Source: Schmidtea polychroa (taxonomy: Eukaryota). Taken from it: a stretch of 64,000 bases of DNA. Numbering within the stretch: position 1 is the first letter of the stretch; each line of letters starts with the position of its first letter. Positions 49,601 through 61,600 of the stretch are shown piece after piece. Location: assembly GCA_044892525.1 (NCBI GenBank), contig CM097888.1, forward strand, positions 46,376,001-46,440,000. Direction: 5' to 3'. Both the position numbers and the translations under genes were made by a program. The notes under the pieces are model-generated. The model made no database searches and was not told the DNA's origin. It worked only from the letters and a program-made list of their open reading frames with translations.

Positions 49601-52600
49601 TTTTCTAAAATGGATGGTTATGCTTATATTCAAGATAACATTAATTTAAATAATGAATTTCAAGATTACTGGACAGAGATTATGAATCTCCATTCTAAAA
49701 AATTATGGCATCAGATTACTGTTGACTTGAAAACCCTTTATGATGAACTTATTTCATCATTCAAAAATAAAATGAATTCGTTGGCTCTGGCAAGGATTTC
49801 TATATTTTTTATTATAAAGATTTTGTGGACCGTGCTTGTGTGCAGGTATTTATTTTTCTTCCAACAGATAATTTTTTTATCCGTCTATAGTGTAAGCCAT
49901 TATTAAATGACTCACACACACATTTATTATAGGTAGAATTTATTTATATTATTTATTTTTAAATCAATGTCCATTTAGCCATCTTCAGTTGCCCTCTGGT
50001 GTCTAAATTGACGCAAAACATTAATCAGTTCAGCGTTCATCTGTAACCTAAAATTTGCAGTTTTTTTTTATTATATAGAGCTATTGCAATTTTTGCATTA
50101 GTATAAAATATTCCAATCATAATAAATATTTTGAATTTAGGATTGTATTGCTTTATTTCCCTTTCTTCTAAGTTAACTTATGTTCGCTTACAGCAATGAA
50201 GACAATCAGCACTACCAAAAATTACATTGAAATTTTATAAAAAAGTTTTTAGGTCAAAACTGTTAGTTCAACTGTCCCATTTGTGTAACTTTTTAATGTT
50301 TAAAGTTCCGAGATGCCTACCCATTGGCCTTAATTCAAACTGTGGTTGTGAAACCTTTCGTTATACCTGAAATATCCAATATAGGAAGTGGTGATGTCTA
50401 GTTATTTTAAGTAAGTTAAAATCTAATTGATTTCTTCCGAGGAATGAAATGTGGTTAAGAAATCGTGAGGTGAGAATAAAGCATAAGATAGTTCATTGAA
50501 ATAAAATTTTCAAATTCCATTAATGAATGCTTAAAACAAGGGACTTATTTTTCTCATGTAAAAAAATGATTTTATTAAAAAGAGAGTTTGAAGACTATAA
50601 ATCAGTAATATATCGATGTTTGTTGATACTCACGAATTTTCAGCACTGCCTTTTTCAAGTGAATTTTCACTTGAAAATATCAGTGCCGATAATTCGTGAG
50701 TATCAACAAACATCGAGATCTTACTGATTTATAGTCTTCAAACTCTCTTTTTAATAAATTCAATGGAAAAAATAATCAGTGGTGAAATTGGAAGAAATAA
50801 AAGTTCTTATAATAAAAAAATGATGTCAAGCTGATGGACTATGAAAAAGACGAATAAATTCAAGATATGAAAGTTTCAGTTGCGACGGCCTTAGGCTCCT
50901 AAACAATCGTATAACTAGTATACCCTTTTTCATGGGCGGATGTATAAAAATGTTTTGACTTTGTTTTAATAAAAAAATCAAATGCATTTAATAAACAAAT
51001 ATAAGATGCTTCATACTCAAAATATTGTTCTGATGGACTAACTTTTGTGCTGTTCGGGTGTGCTAAGGACCAGTTATATGTATCCATAGTTGAATCAAAA
51101 CATGAACTATTTTTTATAGTGGTATCACAATACATCCAAGGCAAAACCGTATTAAAACTAGCGAATAAATAATACAAACTTTGAGCTATTATGACATTGT
51201 AATATGTTGACAAGATGAAAGATGCGATTACCATTCCGTATCCAATACCTTAAATAATAAAAATTAAACAAATGAATTTATAAAAGTAAAATTTATTTAG
51301 GAAATTAAATGAAAAAAGTATTTATTTTATTTGTGTAGAATCTATCGTATCTTGGTTAATCCGGGAAAAATCAAAAAAATAATAAATTAAGTAAATAATA
51401 AAAATAATATTTTATCCAATCAAATTTAACGCGTTCATCCCGGTGCCGATTTTCACGCTGCGCATAATCTGGTAGCGCAGTTTATGTTATTGAACAAAAG
51501 TTAAGTTTATAATACGTTATAAATTATAATTGTAATTAAAAATAAATGTTTTTGATGAATATACGTTAAATTTTCTAATGTACGTCTGATAACACAATCA
51601 AATATGTCCCACCGGTGAAACGCGCCGTCCAATGGGACAGGGTGGTACGGGCCACCTGTGTGAAACTGTTAAACCAAAAATATTTTTTTAATATTAGTTT
51701 CAGAGATTTTGAAAATAAGATTTAAAGAAAACATTAAGTTTAGGCATCAGTAAAATCTTTAATTTGATCAATATATTTATTCAATAATTTTCATATTAAT
51801 GTTTGTAAGTCTATAGAATAAAAAATATATAAAGTACACGATATTTCATCACAGGTATTACCAAGTGTGTATTTACACACTTTATAAATACACATTTGAT
51901 AAAGGCTGTGCCGAAATATTGTGCACCTTATGTGTTGTTTTGATCGTGAGTCTTACAAATATTAATATGAAAATTATTTTATTCATATATATTAATAAAT
52001 TGTAAGTGTAAATTTTTTATATTAAATTTTAATCTTTGTTAATCCATGTCTGAATTGATGCTAATGATTGTCGGTAGGGGGGAATATTGAATGGTTCGAC
52101 TAGATGAATTATGAGAACCGATATTATTCTCATTGAAATGTAGATTATTCCTGATATATAAGGAAAAAATAATCTTGAGAAATTGATCTAACACAATTTT
52201 TCCTGTTATTTATTGAATTCTAGAAAATAATTATCATCTTTATGTCGGAAATTTTTATATATTTCAAGCCAAATGCACGATAATTTAATCATATCAATTT
52301 AGTTGCAAGTAAATAAATTATAGAGATAAAATTTAATTATTTCCGAAAATATTATTTCAATCTCAAATTATATAAATTCGGTTGAAATGGTATAGAAAGC
52401 AGTTTTCAATCATTTTTTATTTGTGAACTGACAAACGACGCAACAATGTTTTCAAGGCCGATAAGAAGAGTATAATAAAACATTTCACATATAAATTGCA
52501 CTTGAAAAAGGCAGTGCCGAAAATTTGTGTTACACCTGTTTGCTAGGAATTATAACATCAATAATATTTTGAAAAAGAATCAATAAATGTACATTATAGA

Positions 52601-55600
52601 ATCATACAAATTTACTTGTGAGTTAAATTTTCGTGGTGGGGATAAAACGTTCTGAAACTCATATATAAATATAATTGAGACTGCAATGAAATTTTGTTTA
52701 TACAACCAGTGAACTATATGGGTAAACGTATAGATTCATTTTTCTATGTAACCACCTGTTTTAAAGTAATTTGCCCAGAGATTTCCTCTACCTTTGCAAA
52801 TGTTTCTTCAAGGGATTAAACAAGAAAAATTATTAGTTGTCAAATCATAGTTATACGGTGAGTGTAAAACCAGCATGAAGTCCTTTTTGGTGATTGTATT
52901 TGGTGATCTGTGTGAACTGATGCACTAGATTGCAAGAGATAGAAGTCTTAATTCCTGGAGTTCCGTCACCACTTTTTAACACATTACTAACCAGTGCACA
53001 GTAGTAGAGAGGAAATGATTACCAGAATAAAGTCGGTCTTGATCACATTTTCTATATTTTAAAATAGACTGATTATGAGACATTGTCGGTGAAATGCCCA
53101 TGAACAAAACATTTGGTTGCTTTTACCCTGGAAAGACCCATTCGCAAGACACACGCTTATTGTGTGGAACATAAAGATTCAATGGCATATCATTCTCAGT
53201 TAAAATATTCTTCAAAACATTTTGTCCATTAAAGGGAGTCAAATTTTCAAGAAACATGGGAAAATTTAACTACATAATTTTCCGGTTACAATGCTCTCAA
53301 ACATGTTCTGCAGTTTCCCTTCCTATATTAAATTTAGTTGACATTTCCTTGCAATGTCTCTCTTCTTTCACAACAATCTTTATCTTTTCGAATTTCTCCT
53401 TGCCAATTTTTGGGGATCGTCAACTTTTTGCTTCAACAAACGCATTGTTCCTATCAGAGGAAAAATTAAATAATGGTCTTACATGATGAATCATTTCCAT
53501 ATGCTTCATGCAACTGATAAATTATGTCCTTATGTTCTGTCTTCCTCAAAAAGAAAAAACGTATATCGGTGCTAAATTCGACTTGCTGGTACATATTTTA
53601 AAGTCACGGCGTAAACAAGACGTGCACAAGGTAAAACAAATTTAATAATATTTTTTTTGATATTCATTGTTTTGTTTTTTAAATTTTAAGGATTTGTTAA
53701 CTTCATTTCTGTACAAATCTAAGGACTTTTTAACAACACTTAGTAATATGGAAATTGAGAAAGTATAGAAAAAATAACTTTAACACACAAACGCAAAATA
53801 GAATAAAAAATGTATGTAAACTTTCGATATGTGAAAATGTTGCATGGAATAATAGCATAGTAAAATTTTATTTTTAAAACAAACAATGACAGTTAAAAAT
53901 TTAGAATGTAATGCCTAAAATTCTATTAAATTCAATCATACTACTTTAGAGTTGTCGAGAAAACTAAGAAATAAAATATTAGATGATGAAGATGAATTTT
54001 TAAGTGGTTATTATTAATTTGAATATTGAAAATAAATATCAAATTTTGTAATTTAAAATCCTTTTATAAATGAATTCTTTTATAAAAATCAATAAATATA
54101 TATATAATCAATATATATAGTGTTAATTTCAAAAATGTGTCTTCCTTTTAGTAATGTGTCGTGTATATTTATTCACAATTTTGTGACTATTGTTACATTT
54201 CCACATCTTCTATGCAAAATTTGCCCTCTTAGAATGAATGTAAAAGAGCACTCGTTAACTGTAGTCGTGTTTAAAATAGTCCTTTTAGTTTAAATAGACA
54301 GTTTATTGACAAAATGAACGAAAATTTGAAGAATTTTGTAACAAAATTATTATTATTTATTTGATTAAGTTAATTAATCATCGAATGAAAATTAGATTTT
54401 CTTGTTTATCTGCACCAGATTTTTGATATCAACTAAACAAAATTAATAGATTTTTAATTCTTTTTATTTTTATAGCGTGAGATCAATTCATAATTCATCG
54501 GGCGATTATCAATACAGGCGTTCTAAATTTTCATTTTAATCTGAACTGAAATTTTCTATTTTCCATTTAATTAACAACTGGATCAATTTAGTGTAAAGGA
54601 AATGATCTATTTCGTGATTCGTTTCAATTTCACTGTTTACAAATGAAACGAAATTAATGATAAGTTTTATCTTTATAAATATTTTTACTTCATAGCACAG
54701 ACCTTACACATTGTAATCATTTTATTTTCATTTCTTTTGTCTTTCAATCAACATTTTGTCGTATATTGATTAAAGTGTAAAAAAGAAATGAAAATAAAGA
54801 AAATATAAAATATATCAGTTTATATATTTTTTAAAAAAAATTTATTTCTTTTACAATATATTTTAAATTTATCATTAATAATTATATTGTCACAATTCTA
54901 TATTTATTTAGAATTTACGAATATTTATAATTAAATTAAATTAAATTAGTCTTGTTTAAATAATATATTTTACATTCTATGCACTATATGGACATTCTAT
55001 GAACATTTACAATTAAAACATTTCTAATCCAAACATTTGCAATGCAATCATTTTTAATTCAAGCTATACTAATTTAAGTCTAACGAAGCCACTGAAGTCG
55101 TTACTAAGGTGGAACAAACCGAACAAATTCACATAGTTGAAGATACTTTTGATATATAACTTAACTAACTAATACTTTTTAATATAACTTTGTCGTTATT
55201 ACCGTACATTTACCGTAGTGAATATATTATGAGTACGTTATTTTTAGCGGCAGTAAATTCGAATTTTCAATTCCCCCCTCCAGTTCCACGTCATACATTA
55301 CTTTTGTCACGGCACGATGAATTGCTTGAACCATGCACAACCGTCCATTAAAATGGCAACAATGTCATTCCAAGTCAATCTGAATTCCATACGGATTTTC
55401 TCGATATAAATTTTAAGTTTGTCAGCTTTCAGGGAACCTTTTATTAAGGTTGAACTCGTCATCACCATTTGATAATGTCAAGTTCATGTATCGATCTTGA
55501 GTGATTGATGACCACTCGTCCAAGGCAAATGTGACCTTTTCTCCGGATTTCTTCATTTCTGCAAGCTTTCAACACTCGAACTGAAATACGTGTCTTTAGA

Positions 55601-58600
55601 CTAAACACGTTAAACACTCATATGAGTGTTCAGAAAGAGAACTAGGCTAGAGCGAAAAACTCAAATATTTTATGGTTATTAACGTTAAATATATGTTAAC
55701 TTCCTCTCAGAATTATTATAAATTGATTAAGATCCGAAGAATCCGATCCACTGGATCTTGCCGGATCGGGTACCCGCATTTACATCCTTAATTTTAATCA
55801 AATTTAAAGTGAGATAATTTTTCGAAGGTCCTTATATTCGAATATATTCAAAAAAATAATTGAAGAATGTGATTAACTTTAGTGATGACAAATTTAATTT
55901 TACACTTTTAGGGATGAAAATATTTTTCTACAACCAATTGAGTGAAGTTAAATTTATGTTTAAAAATTGTTGAGATTTCCTGTAGTGGGATAGCTGCCTA
56001 CAGTGGCCCTGTATTTGCCTATGATTTTTGGTTTGTTAAGTATAATTTATTTTCCCACCAAAGATTAATATTATTTTACTATTTTGTTTATTAGATGTGA
56101 AATATTCTTAATTGCGACTTCTCTTAATAATAAAATTAATTTCCAAATTTTAATTTTTGATCTATAGTAATAATGAAAATAAATGACATTAAAAGAAAAC
56201 ATCAAAAGTGACCAAAAAAAATAAAAGATTTTACAAAGTTCCAATATCTTTCTTTTTAAAAAATCTTTTTTTAATTTTAAAACAAATAGATTTTATATAG
56301 AAAGTTTAATGGAAATAATCGAACACTGTAATTAGGAACCTCCTATTAAGTGAAAATTTAAGCAACAACTTGTCATATAATAAATTATATAATAATCATA
56401 ATAAAATTCCATATTCGGTCATTTTAAAGATAGAAGAATAAAAAATTCAGTTGAAAAAATTCCTAAACAAATTAAAAAATCTGAAAGGTAAAATTAAAAT
56501 TACAGAAAGCAATTTTAAAGAAATTTAAATGTCAAAAGAATTCTTAATTAAAAAAAATTAAAAAGAACAAAATTTTAATTGAAAAAAATTGATTTTAATA
56601 AAAAATTAGAACTAGAGTTTTTCATTTGCTAGTGTGACCTTGACATTTAATATTGTTAATTTCTAATTTAATCGTGATTTTATGATTTTATTATATCAGT
56701 TATGTAAAGTTTTGTTTGAATAATATTCGTATTAGTGTGTTTTTGAAAAATATATTTTATTGAATTATTATTGATTTATTTTATGAATTTAGAAGTTGAG
56801 GACATCATAACTGGCGACCACGCCAAGGAAATCAATGCGATAGGAAAAAAGAAAGGAACTAAGAATATGTTAGATTCCTTGTCAAAACAAGCACGTGAGA
56901 TGCTAAATTTTAATGTCAGAAAGTTTGACGGAAAAGTTGGATCTGAAGCTGAACTTTGACTAAAGGATATTATGGAATGGCTGAGAATAGAAGATCAAAG
57001 TCTAGTAGACGCATTGGATCTTTTGTTGACAGATGCGGCATCGATGTTATGGGAAGCGGCGAAAATAGCGAAGATGACCGATGAAATGGCAAAAGAGTGG
57101 TTTATAGAAACTTTTACAGTAAGGTAAACCATTACTAACAAGATTGTGGAACTAGCTCAAATTCAGCAAGAGAGAGATGAAAGATTCCAAGTCTTCGAAA
57201 TACGAGTAAGAAGTTTAGTTAAAAGTGTATTTAGCTCTGGAATGTCTGATGAACAGATTGTTCGAGACATTATCTCAAACAGAGCGAAAGACGATAGAGT
57301 AAAAGAAATATTCTTATCAGGGAAAGTGACAAGTTTTGAAGATGCCAGGGATATGGCAAAAATTCAGGAGAAGATCGAGATGACGAATGACAATAAATTC
57401 AATATTGATGCCATAAGAAGAGACTCCTACGCATCAGTGATGAAAAATGGTAAATTCGAGGGTAGACGAGACCAAAGAACAATTGTGAAGACAACTGCAC
57501 ATCAACGCGACGAACACCGAGAGATTAATCATGAGAGGAATAGACCTGGTAATGGTCGATTTGTACCAATTGTAAATGAAGACAAGATTGAAAATGAGCG
57601 GTATAGAGGACGATATGAGACAGGAGAACCAGAGAGAAGAATACCTACAGTATCGCTTAAAGATATTGCAAGAAGGTTATTTAATGACAGCAAAGGAAGA
57701 AATTCGCCTCATCCAGTGAAACTGACACCAGGTCAGTGTTTTTGTTGTGGAGAAAAAGGGCACCGGCGTTTTGAATGTCCTATGAAAGACAAATGTCTAA
57801 TCTGTGGAAAAGAAGGTCATGGATTCAGAGATTGTTTTTTGCTTAAAAATAGAAATGGATATCAGAAGAGAGTGGCATGTATTTACGAAGAAGATCACGA
57901 AAGAAATAATGGTGATTTAACAGAAGATTTATACAGTAATTACGAAGAAACGATAAAAAAATCAATGGATAAACCAAAAAACAAGGACGATCCCATTGCT
58001 TTCATTTCGTCAGTGGGGTCGACACAATAATCAGTAGAAAGAAGTGAAATGAAGACATGATGCAGAAGATGTATGAGACGACAGACAGAAGAAAGTGGAG
58101 TAAGATTGTAATAAACATGACGGCGGAGCAATGACGATAGAAGCTGATTGGAATGGGAAAAAAAGAATTATTAATGTTATAGTTGTCAAAGATATACGTC
58201 CAGATTTCATTGGGGGTGTAGATACAATGGAGAGATTTGGTATTCAACTGGTAGAGGTAGACAATATTGAAGCGTCACAAGTAGGGAGGACATATGTGGA
58301 CTCACAACGAGAAGAGAAAGCATTATTAATGCTTGGAGACAGGAAGAATGAACAGTTAGACATATTGCTACGGAAGTTCAAAGGTATTTTTATGGCTTCA
58401 ACTTTTGATCTCGGGTTTACGAAAGTTGTTCAGCATGAAATGAATATAGTAGGTGGGCCTGTAATGTTACAGCCAAGAAGACAACCAATGCATTTAGAAC
58501 AAAAGCTTGACGAACTTGTCACAAACTTATTAGAAGCGAGAGTTATTAGGAAATGCAAAAGGGCATGGAACGCGCCACTAGTGATTGTGGCTAAGAAAGA

Positions 58601-61600
58601 TGGATCAATAAGGATGTGTGTCGACTATAGAGGATTGAATGCGATCACTGAAAAGATATCTTTTCCAATGCCAGATACACGATTTCTACTGGATTGTCTG
58701 GCAGATTCAAAATATTTCACATCCATCGATCTAGGTCAAGCATATTATCAAGTTGGAATGGCGAAGGAAATTCAAGAGGTCACGGCTTTCAGTACAAGGC
58801 AAGGACAGTTTTGTTTTAACCGACTTCCTTTTGGACTAGCAACAGCCCCTGCGACGTTTCAAAGAATGATGCACTCAATGTTGGATGGAATATTATTTAA
58901 GGGTGTTGTTGTCTACCTCGACGACATTCTTGTCTATGGAAAAGACATAGAGGAACACAATAACCGATTAGAGGAAGTATTCAGAAGAATTCAACTAGCG
59001 GGGTTGAGAATTAACCCAGAAAAATGTAATCTGTATAAAGAAGAATTGACATTTCTAGGGCACACTGTAAGTGCAAGTGGGATAAAAACGAACGACAAGA
59101 AGATTAAAGAGATTCAAGATGCAGAAATACCAGTATGCGCCAAACAATTAAGATCCTTTTTAGGTATGACCAATTACTATAGGAAGTTTATAAAAGACTA
59201 TGCGAAAATTGCGGAACCTCTACATGAAGCTACGTCTGGCTGTGAGAAAAAGATTAATTGGTCAGAAGATTGCAACAATAGTTTTGAATTACTTAAAACA
59301 AAGTTGTGTGAAGCTCCAATTCTAGATTACCCAAGAATGGATAGAAACTTTATTCTGGATACAGACGCTAGTTTTGGGGCCATCGGAGCAGTTTTATGTC
59401 AAGCTAAAGAAGATGGTACTGAAGTAGTAATTGCATATGGGTCGAGACACTTGACCGCACATGAAAAAGGTTATTGTGTGACTAGGAAGGAGTTACTTGC
59501 TATACACGAATATGTAATGTATTTTAAACAATATTTATACGGAAAGTCATTTGTAGTACGAACGGATCACAAGGCGTTGGTTTTCATGAGATACACAAAA
59601 AAACCGATAAGCCCGCAATTTCAAACCTGGCTAGCCAACCTTTCCGGATATGATTTCGATCTTCAATATAAGAAAGGAGAGGAACATGGAAATGCGGACG
59701 GAATATCAAGGATTAAAGGGATGCTATGTGCACAATGCCAGACTAGACATGAAGACGCAAAAGAAGAAAAAGCCAGAGTAAGACATATCAGCTCATTACA
59801 GAAGACTGAGTCGATGACAAAACTCTTAGAAAAGCAACAAGATGATGTAGATTTCATTCACATGACAAGAGTGTTACAGGGAGAAGAGAAAAAAGATGAC
59901 TTGAATAAAAAGAAATTTCCTTTCAATTTGCATAACAACATAAAATTAGAAGATGGGTTTTTATTATTAGAGAAGAATGGTAAAGATGTCATCCTGGTGC
60001 CGATAGACTACTCAAATACGTTAGTTAAAGGTATACATACTGAAATGTGTCACATTGGAGTAAAGAAATTAATTAGCTATATGAGCAACATATTTTTTTG
60101 GCCAAACATGCAAGAAACTATACAAAACTGTTTGAGAGTATGTGAGATATGCTGCAGAAGGAAAATAGTGCAGGAGAAGACAAAGGAACGATTGTTGCCG
60201 ATAATAAGTTCAGAATTTTTAGAACAGTTGGTCATTGATATAGCACACATGAAGAATGGTGGAGTGTACAAGTATATGCTAGTTATCATTGATCGTTTTA
60301 GCAAAATGGTCAGTCTGACCGCACTGGAGAGACAAGACGAGAGATCGATTTTCAAAGCCATATTGGAGAAGTGGATATACCGTTTCGGAAAACCGCGAAA
60401 TTGTCTGTCAGACAGAGGGAAGAACTTCGATAGTGGTTTTATGAAAACAAATCTAGGAAGACTGGGTATTACGCAACAGTTCAGTTCACCATATCAGCAT
60501 CAATCTAACGGTTTAGTTGAGAGAACAATACGGACAGTCAGAGACTTGTTGGCGACATCATTAGCAGGTGGACTAGGAGAGCGAAATTGGGCGGAGTTAC
60601 TTCCTCGAGTAGAATTTTGTATCAACGTGACACAACAGAGCGCGACGGGATTTTCTCCATTTGAAATTGTTTTTGGGAGGAAGATTAACCTTCATTCAAC
60701 ATTGCCTCAGACGACATTGGATACAGTTGAGATACATAGATTGGTAAGAGAGAACAGTGAGAAAGCAGCTAAACGAATGAAAGAGATGGAAACAGAGAAG
60801 AGAACGAATCGATGTTTCACGGTGGGGGAGAAAGTATTAGTTCGGAAAGAACCACAAAATCGCGACAAAGATGGACTACAGTATGAAGGTCCGTTTGTCA
60901 TATCAAAGTTTTTGTCAGAACACCAGGTGGAATTGAGTGACGGGACGACAAAGAAACTCAGACGAATTGAATGGCTTAAGAGATGGGCAGTTCCTTAAAG
61001 AAGGAGAGAGTTATGTAAAGTTTTGTTTGAATAATATTCGTATTAGTGTGTTTTTGAAAAATATATTTTATTGAATTATTATTGATTTATTTTATGAATT
61101 TAGAAGTTGAGAACATCATAACTATATCAACTTTTTTAATTATCAATAATTTTCTCTGAAAAAATCATATAACTAAACTTTAATCAAAAGTTTTATTAAA
61201 TATTTAATAATAATTATAAAATAATTATCCAATTATAATAAACACTATTTAATCTCAAGGTCACGCGAATACATGAAAACTCTATTATTTTAGTTTTAAT
61301 GAAATGTAATTTTTCCAAAAATAAAATTAATTTACCTTTAAATAATGGACTGATCGACCATACAGTAATTGGACCGAGACTGGCAAATTGACCAAATGCT
61401 AACTCCATAAAAAATAATGGTAATCCGACTAGAAATAACATGGAAAAATAGGGAACGAGAAAAGCTCCTAAATTATCAGCAAATAATGTTTGTTTAGAAT
61501 AGTGAAACTTTTCAACTCACCACCCCCATTTTTATAACACAAATATGGAAATCTCCAGACATTTCCCAACCCAACTGCCATGGCAACACATGAGCAAAGA

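Larger units (their letters stand above)
56698..61123 (+). mobile_element. Complete Ty3/Gypsy LTR retrotransposon (4426 bp), antisense within an SLC6 intron
   Basis: LTRs 56698-56812 and 61009-61123 (115 bp each, 1 mismatch) with termini AGTTATG...CATAACT and 5-bp TSD ATATC. PBS TGGCGACCACG at 56812 and PPT AAAGAAGGAGAG at 60997-61008. Confidence 0.97.

Noticed and set aside
59663-60901. Minus-strand ORFs 59663-59857, 60077-60361, 60707-60901 (and 57940-58247)
   Set aside because: Antisense shadows of the Gypsy gag/pol coding sequence.
61574-61587. X-box-like CTGCCATGGCAAC
   Set aside because: It lies in SLC6 coding sequence (VAMAV) and is explained by codons.
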